DNA from: Lama guanicoe
Lineage: Eukaryota
DNA: 64,000 nucleotides
Assembly: GCA_013239625.1 (NCBI GenBank)
Contig: MU054187.1
Span: 22,878,795 to 22,942,794 of the forward strand
Direction of reading: 5' to 3'
Below the pieces are notes generated by a model, which searched no databases, was not told where the DNA came from, and saw only the letters and a program-made list of their open reading frames with translations. Shown one piece after another: positions 11,645-24,225 of this stretch. A program made the position numbers and the translations under genes. How positions within the stretch are numbered: the first letter of the stretch is position 1; each line of letters opens with the position of its first letter.

Positions 11645-13060
11645 TTTACCCAGAGGAAGCTGGTCAGCAATAGAGATTTCTTCCTCTGGTTAAAGACTGG
11701 AGATGTGAGCAGTAGCTATATAGTGCGGAGTCTGAGAAAGCTTTACTCTCGGCATCCTTTGCCCTTGGATCATCACAAGAGTTAAATGGGGAGACCAGAT
11801 TTCAGTGGTAGTGAAACTCAGATTCCTCTATCAATGCAAGATTTCTTTCTGAAAGGCCAAGTTTGTGACTGTCAAACTGGCGGTAAGGTCAGTGGCTGTT
11901 TGCAGTAAGTGGTGTACGTGCTTCTCTGGTGCTAGTGGAAGAGGTGACCAAGTAAGATCAGTGTCCCTAATCAGGGTTAGTCAGTCACTTCAAGTGGGAT
12001 TTGGCTGACCAGGACCGCACTGACAGCAGATTGCACAATAATACTGCAAGCATCCTTGTTTTTAAGATGCTCTATGATCCCCACAAATGGCTAATTTATT
12101 TTACCCTTCTGAACTTTTCCAATCACAAAGATTTAATCCTCTTAACCTCCATCCTCACTGACCTCCTGGAATAGCCTCATAATTGTTTATACTCATGTTG
12201 AATTTACTGATTTTTTTTTTAAATGGAGCTTCCTGCACAATCTGAAATAACTATATAATGTGATTTCCCGAGACCTGAATGTGTTATGTGTGTCCCATTC
12301 TGAGATTTGTTTAGGGGTGTGGGAGTAGGTTGATGACATTTCTAACAGCTTAATTTGTCTTTGTTTTTTTGTGTTCCAAGCAAGTGAATTTCAGATAATC
12401 TGAAAACTGTGTAAGAAAATATGTTTTCCAAGTAGAATGTGGAAGCATGTTTCCCCCAGTAGTTGTGTACATGAAGGAAGCAGCAGCTCTGACAGAGGAC
12501 ACACAGTTCTCCTAATGGCTTCTCTGTAGGCATCTCCATAATTATTCCACCCTGTGGTACGTCCTGTCAGCACAGCTAAGTTTGACAGAGAAAATGGAAC
12601 GATCAGTGTTATTCAGGATCTATTTTCAGGCTGAGCAATGATTGCTGAGCACAGAGAGTCAATTATCTGTTGGTGAGAGGAGGCCATTAGTGATACTAAG
12701 GAACGACACCAGCCAGATGAGAAGTGAGCCAAGATTGTTGCTAGCCAGCAACTCAACTCCCGGGCGAGGAGTAACAGTCATTCAAAAAATTAGCCCTTAC
12801 AGAGAGCTTCGGTGACAACAAGGGTTACTTCTAATTTCCATGTAGGTTTATGCTGTAATAGTCATGCAAGGTGAAGTTAATTTCAATGAATAACTCTTGA
12901 CGATGGCAGCTTCTTTCAACACTGTAATTTTAGGCTTGAGAAAAATGGACACGGCAATGCCTGTTTGTGTGTTTGTGTTGTGTGTTTGCATGTAAGTGAG
13001 CTTCGTTTGTCATCTTCCTCGAAGGTGCCTAAATTATTAAGGAAAGTTGACATTTTTTTA
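11645..13060 (-). pseudogene. EBLL: Endogenous bornavirus-like L fragment (capping/PRNTase region and downstream), inverted unit
   Basis: Minus-strand colinear hits to BoDV L: HR/WNNYGDA..REAI..V..LS vs HRLPSRGDSRQGL..VNILS; TFYLENIFSY vs TIHFQHVFTY; SC*KC vs SCKTC; ISDCAGSSI*K vs ASYCLGILIGK; EKFRRVK*ISHLW vs QKLPWSIVIRSLW; DLTASL vs DLVAKL; LTRGRNLYC vs TARGHHHGC. Confidence 0.8.
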
Positions 13061-13159
13061 ACAGCTAGCGTTTTGATTGCTCACTGTAAACCAGGTACCA
13101 CATTAAATGCTTTATGCATTATACTTCATTTTCCGCATGAGTTTAATAAGATTTAATGT

Positions 13160-13370
13160 AAACCTTGGGGCTTAGGTGAAAAGTATTTTGCAGCTCTGTA
13201 ATTCAAAAATGGAGAAGATGGTTCTTAATATATATGTGAGGAAAAAAAAAGGACTTTAGCTGATTGCAATTTTAATACAAGACATCTACTGATGTGATTG
13301 CCAAGAAAATTAATATAAAGCTGTATTAATAGTACAACAACTGAAACACAGTAAATTACAGTGCAGCTCA
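13160..13370 (+). mobile_element. L3/CR1 fragment
   Basis: gatgtgattgccaagaaaattaata..ctgtattaatag resembles the CR1/L3 RT 3' region. Confidence 0.55.
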
Positions 13371-13394
13371 GACTCACTCAAAGCATGTGGCCAT

Positions 13395-13592
13395 CACCCA
13401 CTTTTTGATCTTTTATGGGCAGCCTTGAAACTGTCCTGGCACCTGTGGGAGGGCGTTTTGGCAACTGTTGTATTGCAATGAGCGTACATTGAAGGTCAAG
13501 GTCTACTGGGAGTTGAATCTTCTGCCATCTTGGTGCTAACTGTTATGTCATTCCTTTAATGGCTGTGTTCTGCCCCCTTCCCTCCTGTCTAC
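13395..13592 (-). mobile_element. ERV1-type LTR fragment
   Basis: Contains gccatcttgg and ends ccctcctgtct. Confidence 0.5.
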
Positions 13593-14051
13593 TTCCAACC
13601 ACTTTCTAAGGCTGTCAAGTATTCATAGCATTTTTGCTTTCATCCCCCGCTACTGTATATTCTTCTTCTGTATGTGACAGTGTAGCTCAACTGTGTTCAC
13701 TGCTGGGATTAAGCCATTTCTGAGTGCTTAACACAGTCTTAGAATAGATCCATCTGCTACCATGCTTTGTGTGATATGCTGAAGATTTTTCTTGTGAAAA
13801 AACAAACAAACACTAATGCTAAAAGTAGAGAGGGTTACGGAAAGGCAGTCTTATGGGTATGATTAGTAGGATTTCTGAGAATGGCATGGTGAATTTTGTT
13901 TAATTTTCCTTTCTTTATAGGGTCCTTGTCTGGCTTTATATTTAAGGTTAAGCTGGCCTCATAAAGTTAACTATGAAATGTTGCCCCATTTTCCATTTTC
14001 TCGAAGCATCTGTGAAAGTTTGGTTACTTTCCTTTCGGCTCCAGGGATTGA

Positions 14052-14270
14052 ATGGCAGTATAAGTTAGTGGTTAGGAGCATGCATCTTGGCTGTCTCAAT
14101 TATTTTATCTTTTTAGGAAAAGTACATAACTTCTGTATGTCTCATTTTGCTCATCTGTGTGGGAATAATAGTTGTAACTACCTCAAGGATTTTATGAGGA
14201 CTAAACTAGTTAATATGTGTTAAAACTCTTAGAACACTCTCTGACAATACAAAACATAAAAGCGCATAAT
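14052..14270 (+). mobile_element. MIR SINE
   Basis: agtggttaggagcatg...tcatctgt...acctcaaggattttatgaggactaaa...cttagaaca. Confidence 0.75.
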
Positions 14271-14619
14271 ACAAATTTACCTTTATTTGTACTTCTAAAT
14301 TATTAGTCAGGAAAAATCATATAGGATGCCCATATGTCATTTGTATTTCTTCCTTTTTGAGTTGTATATACCTGAGGGTTTTGGAAGATTTTTCTCTTTA
14401 TCTTAATGTTTTTGGCTTTAATAGCTCTCTGAGAGAGAGACATGTTTAGCCCACGAGTCTATCCTCTGTCTTGCAAATTTCCACTGATCTACTAAAGAAA
14501 AATACACACATCAGTGGTGTAAATCAGTATACATTACACATGCAGCAACATTTCTGCAAGACAGTGCAGATGGGTTGAGAGAGAGGAACGCAGAGGTTTA
14601 TCTCTTATGTAGGAAAAGC

Positions 14620-15900
14620 TGAAGTTCTCCTGGCACGAAGTGAGTGGGACCTACAGAGGAGGCTGAGTGGCAGGACGGGGAGAAGCTTGTACTAAAACTC
14701 TGAGAAATGCCCTGGTTTCTAGAGTCCACACAGAGTGGTGTCTCCATTATGGTAATTACAGCCCACATCTGGATGGTATGTATTTAGGGCCTGATACAAT
14801 TTGTCCCGAAGACAGAGTCACTCTCCAAATAGGACTTTTGATTGATATTATTGGTGCTTTGTATTTTTATAACTTAAATTATCAGGTATTCCTAACTGTA
14901 ATAAAATATTAGATAGTGTAAGGAAATACTTATTAGACTTGCAATCATAATTACAGCTACTCACCTAGATAAGTATGATAAAGCTCTGAGTGGATTATGT
15001 CAGGAAAATAACAGAGATGTACTTGAGAAATTTAGGGACAAACATTCATGGTGAAAAATACAGAGATAATACAAGTTGATTTCTTTGAGACCGTCGTGAA
15101 TCACTGCCCATAATCTTGAGTGAGGAATTGAGCATCCTGAAGCTTCGTGGCTTTGCTGCTGTCAAAAGCTGTTAAATGCTTACTCCTTGAAAACGCCACC
15201 AAAATAGCTTATTGAAGCGAGTGGCTTATCATGGAAAGGGAGGTGTCTAACTTAGTAGTGTTTAGGAGTGTCTCAGAAGTGGATGTGGTAAAGGCAAGAT
15301 ACTCGTGAGGCTTTGAGTATCATGGCTTAACAAGACTCTTTTCAATGATTGAGCTTGGTTAGGACTGGTCAAGTTTCAAGATACAATATTTTATGAGTAA
15401 TAGATCCAGAAAGACAAGAATATTGAGGCAAGAGTTTGTACGTAAGTCTTGGAGAGTCCACGAGACTACTGGAACTATCAGTTGTTTTTAGATGAGGACT
15501 TTCAGAAGGTTCCTGAAGGTTGAATAGATGCCCAACTTTACTTCCCTGGGAAAAAGGTTGCTGGTTGACGTGGACAGCAAGCTGTATGAGTGCAGCTGGT
15601 TTCATTTCCCAGAGCAGTGCATTTGTAGGTGAAACACGCAACATCCAAGCAATGAGACAAAGAACAAATGCCACAGGGATGACTTTGCAGACCTAGGAGC
15701 CAATCCAGAGACCAGACCCTGGGTTTAACGTCTCCTTTGGAAAAATAAACACGGTTCATTTGAGGGGAATCATGGCACTGGATCCACGACTTCTTCAACC
15801 AAGATACTCATATGCTTGAGTTTCTCCATTTATAGGAAGTTGGTTACAGCTGGAACCAGAAGGCTAAAAGTGACTAAGATAGGTTTGATGGCTTTAACTC
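14620..15900 (+). pseudogene. EBLN: Endogenous bornavirus-like nucleoprotein, near full length and degenerate (unit 2)
   Basis: vs BoDV N: KCPG/KLPG; GNYSPH/GGSDPH; HGEK..VVNHC/YGEK..IFSHC; RQEFV/GKEFM; TFRRFL..IDAQLYFP/TIKEYL..MDATLTIP; FVGETRNIQAMR/FLGAIRHPDAIK; DFADL/SFPNL; YRK..KIGLMAL/YRR..MIGVTGL. Followed by an A-run at 15933-15951. Confidence 0.8.
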
Positions 15901-16129
15901 TTTTGTTTGTGTTTAGGAACATCCTTATACAGAAAAAAAAAGAAAGAAAAATAGAAATCCTAGTATGTGAAAGAGCAGTGAATTTTCAAAAGTTATTGAG
16001 GCATGATTCGGGGTTATTTCAGAAAACTGTAAGTAGATTGGTGTCCAATTCTGTAGTCTAGAGATCTGCATAATATCTGCTCTTAGAAATTTATTAAGAA
16101 TTAATTTAATATCAACTTGATATAGGCAT

Positions 16130-19100
16130 AATTTACTTATAATACACTGCATGCATTTAAAGTATAATTTGATGGGTTGTGGCAAATATTATAGATCTGT
16201 GAAACCATCAACACGGGATAAAAAAGAATCACTTCCAAAGTTTCATTGTTCCCGTGGGCACAGAGAAGGTCCAACCCTCTTTTCTCTTTAGACCCAGGAA
16301 ACCACCAATAGCTTTTTTTGTCATTATGATTTACTACCATCTCTAAGATTTTTTTTATATAAATGGGATAATACAAGATGCACTCTGTAGTGTCTAATTT
16401 CTTTCACTCAGCATACTGATTTTGAGATCATCCATGTTTTAAAGCAATCTATTTCTTTTTAGTACTGAATTATTTGCTGTTGTCAGAATATATAACATTT
16501 TGTTTATTCATTCATTGTATAGTTGTGTTCATTCCAATCTTGGGGCTGTGAATAAAGGTGCTGTGAAGATTTGTGTGCAAGTTTTTATAAGTAGGACGAG
16601 AATGGCTAGATTGTATGGGAGGGGCATTTTTTAATGTTTTTGGAAATGACCAACGTGACTGTACCACTTTACATGTCCAGTATCAATATGTGAGTCTCAA
16701 CTGCCTTCACATCCGTGCCTACACTTGGTATTGTCACACTTTTATTTTAGCTACTCTAATGGATGTGTAGTGGCATCTGATTAAGGACTTAATTTACATT
16801 TCCCTGATGACTTTTGATGTTGAGCATCTTTTTCATGGGTGTATTGACCATTATATATCTCCTTTGGTATATTGCTCCAAAGCTTTAACCTACTTTTAAA
16901 AGAGTTTAAAATATTTTTATTGAGTTTAGAAGGAACTCCTTAAATGGATACAAATCTTTTGCCTAATAAATATATTGCAAATAGTTTTCCTGTTCTGTGG
17001 CTTGCAATCTCACCTTAAAATATATTTCAAAGAACAGAATATTTTGATTTCAATATAGTCCTATTTATTATTAGGTTTATTAGGTTTTTGGTTGTGCTTT
17101 GTGATATTTGCGTCTTCTGTAAGAAATATTCAGCTAACTCAAGGATGCAAGGATTTCCTTCAATTTTTTTTCCAGTTTTAACATTTACATTTAGATTTTT
17201 GATCCATTTGGAGTCAATTTTTGTGTATGATGTGAGGTAAAAGTCAGTGTTCACTTTGTCCGTATGGACATCCAATTGTTCCAATGCTGACAGAGTTGTC
17301 AAAGTTTCTAACAATAATTGTGAATTTGTTGATTCTTCCTTTCAGTTTTATCAGTTTTTGTTTCATGCATTTTAAAACTTTGCTATTAGGAGAATACATA
17401 TTTGGCATATTAATGTCTTCTTGATCCCTTTATAATCCTGTAATGTCCCTCTTAATCCTGGTAATATTCCTCCTTTCATTGTCAACTTTGTCTGCTTTCA
17501 CAAAGCCTCTGTAGCTTGCTTTTGATTAATGTTTGAATGATGTACTTCCTCCTTCATTCTACTTTTAAATTATTTATATCTTTATATTTAAAGTGATTGT
17601 CTTGTGTGCTGCATGTACTTGAATTGTGTGTGTGTGTATTTAATTCAATCTCTGAATTTTAATTCAGGTGTATACACCATTTACATTTCATTCAGGTATC
17701 ACTGTGATTGGAATTAAATCTACCACTTTTCTGGTTTTTTTATATATGTTCCATCTCTTCTTTCTTTTTTCTTTTTTTCAGATTTTGCAGTTTGTTTTTG
17801 GACTGAGCTTTTTTTTTTAATGTTTCATTTTATTTTCCCTATTGGTTTATTACTTGCAGCTCTTTTTTCCCCTCCTTTTTCAGTTTTACTAGGTAGAATT
17901 ATTACAGTGTGACCACACATAAACATTATATTACTTACAGCTCTTTTAAAAACTTCTTACTAGTTACCCAGGATTGACAATGAGCAATCTTAATTTATCA
18001 TATCTACCTTCAAATATTACTTATACCACTTCACACATAGCATTAAAGTATTATGGCAATATATTTCAATTTTCTATAATTCTTTATGCTCTATTTTCAT
18101 ATATTATATTTTATATATGTTGTAAAGTCCACAGTACATTTATTCTATTTTTGCTTTAACTAATAAAAGCATCTTTTAAAGCAATTAACAATTTAAAAAA
18201 ATCTTTATTTTTGCTATTTCTGGAGCTCTTCACTTGTTTATGTGGATCCAAATTTCTATCTGGTATTGTAATCCTTCTACTGGAAGAAATTGAGTTAATG
18301 AGTCTGGTAGCACAGGCCTGCTGACAATAGGTTCTTTCAGCCTTTGTTTATTCCAAATATGTTTACTTTACCTTTGTTTCTTCTTTGTTTTGAGAGATGT
18401 TCTCACTGATATAGAATTCTGAGTTAACAGGTTTTTTTTTAAATTTTATATTTTAAAGATGTTACCGTACTGTCTTCTGGTTTGCATCATTTCAGATGAA
18501 AAGATTACAATTTTTGTATGGCAAGTGCCATTTTTTTTCTGACCAACTTTAAGATTTTTGCTTTTCAAAAAATTTTTCTTTACTTTGACTATAGTGTGTT
18601 GGGTATCTTTAAAAAAAATCATTCTGCCTGTTGTTTTCTGAGCTTCTTAAATCTGTAGTTTGATGTCTTTCATTATTTTAGAAGACTTGCTACTCATTAT
18701 CTCTTTTTTAATTTTAATTTTAATTTATTTAGTTATTGAAGCATAGTCAGTTACAATGTGTCAGTCTCTGGTGTGCAGCATCATGCCAGTCATTACCTCT
18801 TTAAGTGTTTCATCTGCCTCATTCTTTTTCTTCCTCTTTTAGAATTCTAAGTGCATTTATATTTAGTAGTTTGACATTGTTCCACATTCTCCTGGATGCT
18901 CTGTTCTGGATTTTTTTAAATCCTTTTTTTCTCTTTGGGTTTTAGTTTGAGTAATTTCATTGACTGTCATCAGCAACATCAATGCTTTCCTCAGCTAGTT
19001 TGAGTCTCTGGTGACTCAGCTGAATGCATTCTTATTGATACTATGTTTTTCTATTTCTAATCATTATTAATCATATGGGATCATTTATGACTCTGGTTCA

Positions 19101-19745
19101 CTTGATTGCTTTATCTCCTGCCAGTGTTTTGCTTTCCCTTGCTGCTTTGTGTTTCTCAAAGTGCGTCCTTGGTAAGCTGACGTGCACTTAGGATGGTAGA
19201 GTAAACAATATTGGTGCTGGAAATAATGCTCACTTTTTTCTTTGCTCAGCTTTTGGAATGGAAGACTGAGCTGAATTTGTGTTTTCTTATTGCTGTGGTT
19301 ACACTCAGTCTATGTGGTTACCTCAGTTACTTCACTCTGTGCTGCCCCTGGAACCTCCTAAGGTCCTGGTGAGATCAGTGAAGAGTCTGTGAATGGACAT
19401 GAACTGTCCTTGAGTCTGAGGCTCTGAAGGGCTTTACAACCACACCATAGTCCCCACTCACACCCTTTTAGAGATTTTAAAATGATTTTTAGTTGGATTC
19501 TTCTTATCACTATGGCACCTAGCCCTCTTCTTCCTCTTGTTCTCGGCCTCAGCTTTTGCCCCTCTTTCCTTGGACACATCTGGCTTTCCTTAGATTTCAG
19601 GTGTGCCTTTTTGCCCTGCAACCTCAGTTCTCTAACTTACTTTAAAAGAGTTATATTTTTCTAGATTATTTGGCTTTTTCTGATTGCTAGAGCATGAGAG
19701 AAACATTCTTTCCGGCTTTCTACTTGCTAAGCAAAATGCAAATAG
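16130..19745 (-). mobile_element. Composite old L1M block
   Basis: ORF 17027-17314(-) YLTSYTKIDSKWIKNLNV is L1 ORF2; L1 3'UTR at about 16150-16700. Confidence 0.85.
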
Positions 19746-20146
19746 GATTTTATAAAGTAAAAAAAAAAAAAGAAAAAAAAAGGTATGGGACAGAGAAGAG
19801 AATATTGTTTAACAGGTATATGGAGATATATCCGAAGCAATGTTTATTATATTCAGATTTTCAGATGTTTCAGATGTTGAAATATTATCCCTGGAGCAAT
19901 GAAAATATTACAAGCCTTCTTTTAAGGACTAATCATTATTTATTTTCAGAATGATGGTTTTATAAGAAATGAAAGAAATTTTTTAAATTATAGAATTATA
20001 TTTACTGATATACAAATTATAGAGTTGATGTTAAACCATAAAATGAAGGAAAATCTTGGAATAATGTATTTTGTACTGTCAGTGTTCAGCTTTGAGAGAC
20101 CCCTGAGGTGTTGCTGATCAGTGCCTTTGCAAGTTCATTAATTGCC

Positions 20147-20690
20147 TGCATTTGAATACTTCAGTTGCAAGTGAAAGAAAATCCAATTTAGACTGCCTTA
20201 AACTGAAAAGTAAAAGCACTTTCTCATTAAACCAAAAAAAAAAAATCCAAAGGCAGTAAGAATTTTATGCACAGGCTGAACAAGAGATTCATAACTTTTA
20301 AGTGTGGTCCAGTGATGTTTCTCTGCAGTTGCTCCCCTTGGTCTTCCTTTGAGTGTTATCTTAATCCTTTATCCAGCCAAGCTCTTCCAGCCTCACATTT
20401 GGACCCCATGCTATCAAAGAAAGGAGGAAGGCCCAGTATTCAAGGCAAAAACTCAAAAATCATTCTGCTTAAATCAGGGTTGGTCACACACCTACTCCTG
20501 ACCCAATCATTGTCCCTAAGGGGATGTGATATGCTTCCTGGATGGGTCTAAATTACAGGATTCTTTCCTGAAACTGACAGTGAATTCAGCTCCTTTAGAA
20601 TAAAATTAAATGCAAATGAGTATCAGGAGTACTTGGGAGTTAAAGAAGTGGTTTCTAGTGGAACACTTCTTAGCATCCATTCTACATAGT
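20147..20690 (-). mobile_element. MLT1-type LTR
   Basis: ttcagttgcaagtgaaagaaaatccaa..ctgccttaa start; cctgacccaatcattgt..ggggatg. Confidence 0.7.
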
Positions 20691-20790
20691 TTTTGAGTGC
20701 CCAGTGGGTATAAAGTACCAAAGTAGACACTTTGGAGATTTAGAGTGCATGGAGAAAATCCACTCTCTACATTCAGAAATAGAGCAAAAT

Positions 20791-21200
20791 ATGACAATAC
20801 ATAGCAAAATATCAGAAAGCACGTTGTTGAAGGATGTTATAAGAGAGAACTCTTGTAGATTCTTCTACTGAAATATATTCCTGACAGACTTAGGGTTTTA
20901 GAGCTTGGAATTACCTGAGGTATCACTGAGTTCACCTTTCTCATTTTACAGATGAGGTAACAGAGACCAGAGATGCTAAATCATTTGACAAAGGTCATGT
21001 GGGCAGCAAGTGGTAAGACCTGGGAGGGGACACAATTGCTTTGGCTTTGAGTCTGTAGCTCTTTCCATTACCCTGTGTTTACTCTGAAACAGAAAAAAAA
21101 AGTGATTGCATTATGTGCACATAAAGTCATTTGTCACTATGTAATAGCCTTTTTTCCAAATGATAAATTGATTGCAAAAGTTCTATCCTCCTTTCCAGAA
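20791..21200 (+). pseudogene. EBLM: Bornavirus-like matrix remnant (unit 2), split by a MIR
   Basis: HSKIS...LKDVI vs NSKHS..LKDKVI; after the MIR, KKKV vs EKKL and VIAFFPNDKLIAKVLSS vs VNIYFQIDDFLLLTLNS. Confidence 0.55.
20895..21072 (-). mobile_element. MIR (MIR3/MIRc-like) SINE inserted in EBLM
   Basis: ctcattttacagatgaggtaacagagaccagaga..aaggtca. Confidence 0.8.
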
Positions 21201-21919
21201 GCCAGGTTGCATGCATGCCTGCTTGTGAATGTAACTTTCAGACTGAAAGGCGTATTTTTTTCCCTCAGTTTCAAAGACATTTTTCAAATGTTTCACCTTT
21301 GACATTGCCCCCTACTAACACTTATGAATATTAAGTAAGGTTAGAGGTTAATGCACTACTAATGATAGGTTGTTGTAACTTAGTTGGCGCTTTTGGCATG
21401 AAGTTGCCCAATAAAATATTGTTTTTATAGCAAAACTAAGTAGTCTTAGTTATATTGTGCCTGACTGAGGACAATGGGATGTTTTGTATATCCATACGGC
21501 CATAGCTGTCTTTCAGGATAATATGAAAAGAGCATTTGTGACTTTTATAAATCACTTTGTAAATTATTGATGAATTTACCACTTTTTCTGTACTGTGCCA
21601 TTCATAGTTATGACTCTTTTCAGTAGCATTTTATTTTTCAAACATCATGCCAATTTGACTTTTAATAATATTAGTTGAGATTTTAAATCACACTTGAAGG
21701 AAATGAGTTATATATTAACAGCAGCAGCAGTAGCAGGCTGATTACATTTATTAAGAGAGAGTAAATTTGACATTGGTTTTACTAGCATTTTGTTATCAAA
21801 AGCCTTCATCAACCCCATATCTCTTTATGTTAATGATAAAGAGGATTTTTTAAATGAGTCTATAAGCCAAGTATTCTTAAAAACAAGTTGAAATGTGTAA
21901 TGTAATATAACAAAAAATA

Positions 21920-23090
21920 ATTAAAAAATGATTAAGTAGTTATACTCTTGTAGGTATTTTGATGGACAGAAGTATGACCCAAAGAGAACTTCTATCTTAA
22001 CAAAAGGGACAGTCTTGTAGAAGAAACATGGGGTGAACATAATAAATAAATGTGTTCAGCCAAATGTGGTATGGGCAGCATGAGTAACACATAGTAATTT
22101 GAGAACACAGGGGAGGGGATGACCTTGATGGAGGACACTTGGGGAAGACTTCATAGAGGAAAAAGAAGTTGAACTCAGCTTTAAAAAGGCTTAGTAGAAT
22201 AGCTCAGTGGTAGAGTGCGTGCTTAGCACGCATGAGGTCCTGGGTTCAATCCCTAGTACCTCTGTTAAAATAAGTAAATAAATAAGCCCAATTATTCCAC
22301 CCTCCCACCTCCCCCCCAAAAAAAACAAAAAAGAAAGAATACTTAAAAAGGCTTAGTAGAAATTGGACAACAGAAACACCAAGGCATGGAAGCAGGAAGG
22401 ATTATAGGATTTTCAGGGAAGAGCAGGGAGTCTTGTTTGATGGGAAAGATGGGTCCATGAAGTGGAGTAGATGGAATCACAAATAAAAAAGCAGGTTGAG
22501 CGTGGTGGAACCAGACCTAACAGTGCTGTAAGGAGACAGACAACAGACGTGATTCTGTAGTCCACAGTAGTCGTTAAAAGTACGATATTGGGAGTCACAT
22601 GGTCAAAGTTATCTAAGTATAAATTAAAAGTGTTATTTTGCAACTGTATTGGATCTACTCAAATGTGTGTGTGTGCATGTGTGCGTGCGTGCTTGCGTGT
22701 GTGTGTGTGTGTGAAGAGATGGGGGCATGGAAAAAAGTCAAGTGATATTATTGCATATTCCTAACCAGAGGTATTAAGTTCCATTCTGGCAGTGGGAAAT
22801 GGAAAGAGGTCAAATATAATTAGCATTCTAGAAACTGACTTGACAGGGCACAGTGACTAAGTAAAGGTATGTCTGGATTTGTCAGGGATTAAGAAATATA
22901 TTTGAGAAGAATGGAGTGTCAAATAATTTATGGAAAGTTGGAAGAATGAAGTCTGAAGGCAGCTATTAAATTTGGTAATTGAAGACACCTCTTTCTCTAA
23001 AGATTAGTTTTATAGAACCATAGGAGTAAGACCATATTGCAAAATTTAAGAGTAAGTGAGAGGTGAGAAAGTACGTTTGGAGTTATAATT
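21920..23090 (-). mobile_element. L2 inserted in EBLG
   Basis: ggggaagacttcatagagga..ttgaactcagct; aaggcatggaagcaggaa; tttggtaattgaagac are antisense L2 landmarks. Confidence 0.7.
22200..22342 (+). mobile_element. tRNA-Ala-derived SINE (camelid Vic-1-like)
   Basis: A box tagctcagtgg, B box gggttcaatccc, AGC anticodon, A-rich tail; 19-bp TSD ttaaaaaggcttagtagaa at 22181-22199 and 22343-22361. Confidence 0.9.
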
Positions 23091-24039
23091 TATTCATGCT
23101 TTTTCCCAAAGAAATTTTTCTTCCCTTCTATTTAAAAATATTTGTAGAGTATTAGACTTTGATAATGTTGAAAATGTCACTTGATCATACAGAATGTCTT
23201 TCATTAGTAACATGTAGATACTTGATAATACAGCTAATCAATTCCTCAGATTGGATATTCAGATAAAATTTAATTCACAGATATCATTAGGAAAGTCAAG
23301 TTGAACATGTTTCTTTTTCTTTTCATTTTATTTGTCCCATTCTGCTATTTTATTGTTTTTCTACAAATACAAATATAAAATGAATGTACCTGTATAATAT
23401 TATCATTTTTAATCCCATGGTTCTTCTGGTACATGCTTTCAAAGAATGTCAAATGTCTGTTTCGTTTAATTACTGTTTAATTAGTGTGCAGTTTGCCAGT
23501 GAGAGGAATAAATAATTCATAGAAGATAAGCAAGCAATGATTTGAGAATCTGCAAGACAGGGCATGTTTTATAAGGAGAGTTTCAGATAAGATTATTTCC
23601 CTTCTGTGAGTCTCTAACATGTCCCCTGGAGAATGCTAATTTGTCGTGAGCGACTGCCTTGTGTGGAAGTTAATAACCTTCTAAGATAGTTGACTGATGG
23701 CAATGCAGTGTTCACCAATATCTGCCCAAGATGGGGAAGCAAGTGGAAATGTATTAATTCATCAGAATATATCAGTTTCCATTATTCTACTGAATTAATA
23801 GCTGAAGTACTTTTTAAAGTTACGTATTTATAGTTAAGTGCAATTGATTTAAAATGTCTACAAGAGAATTCTTAATTTCTTTATCTTCAAAGTTAATTTT
23901 TTTAATTTAAAATGTTTTTCAACCTGATTGAGGAATCATTGACAAATATTACTGTATATACTTAAAACATACAATGTAGCTATTTGATTGCTACATTGAC
24001 ACAATAGAATGATTACCACTTTTCAATATACTATATTGT

Positions 24040-24225
24040 TATTATATATTAATTTAATTCTTACATCTAACATTGCAGGTAGATATATTAATTTAATTTT
24101 CCTGAAGGCAAAACTGAGACACAGAGAAATTAAAATATGCAGAAGCAAAGACATAGCAAGATAAATGGTCAGGGAAGGGATTTAGATCTGCTGATTCCGC
24201 CTCTAACTCCAGTCAGTCTTCTATC
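24040..24225 (-). mobile_element. MIR SINE
   Basis: aaaactgagacacagagaaattaa...gggatttaga. Confidence 0.65.

Larger units (their letters stand above)
16005..20790 (+). pseudogene. EBLP: Bornavirus-like X/P remnants (unit 2), split by an L1M block and an MLT1
   Basis: About 16030 VSRLVSNSVV* vs X VRRLNGNATIE. About 19805-19920 K......SD..SNENI vs P KNPSMISD..SNDEL. About 20750 MEKIHSLH vs MEKVDLLY. Position between N and M is as expected. Confidence 0.5.
21200..23400 (+). pseudogene. EBLG: Bornavirus-like glycoprotein, N-terminal two thirds (unit 2), split by an L2
   Basis: 21234 TFRLKGV/TFDLQGL; L*HCP/LCHTP; 21386 GAFG...NKIL/GFFG...DRII; 21576 LPLFLYC/FPPFMYC; EILNHT/EVVNKT; NSSS..RLITF/NSSSKIVSF; 23230 TANQFLR/SASQFLR; DII; *NECT/WNEST. 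Confidence 0.85.

Noticed and set aside
12340..12952. Reading the inverted unit as bornavirus M plus G (LKEAAIV, LFIEINF, SC...H...YWG)
   Set aside because: It needs many indels and fails downstream. The L reading gives more in-register motifs over 1.4 kb. This shows that short by-eye matches can mislead.
14494..15953. aaagaaaaata repeats (14494-14504 and 15943-15953) as the TSD of a retrotransposed N mRNA
   Set aside because: Low-complexity match, and X/P-like sequence continues after the A-run. Not fully excluded.
22200..22270. tRNA-Ala gene
   Set aside because: It lacks the 5' acceptor strand and has an A-rich tail and a 19-bp TSD, so it is a SINE.
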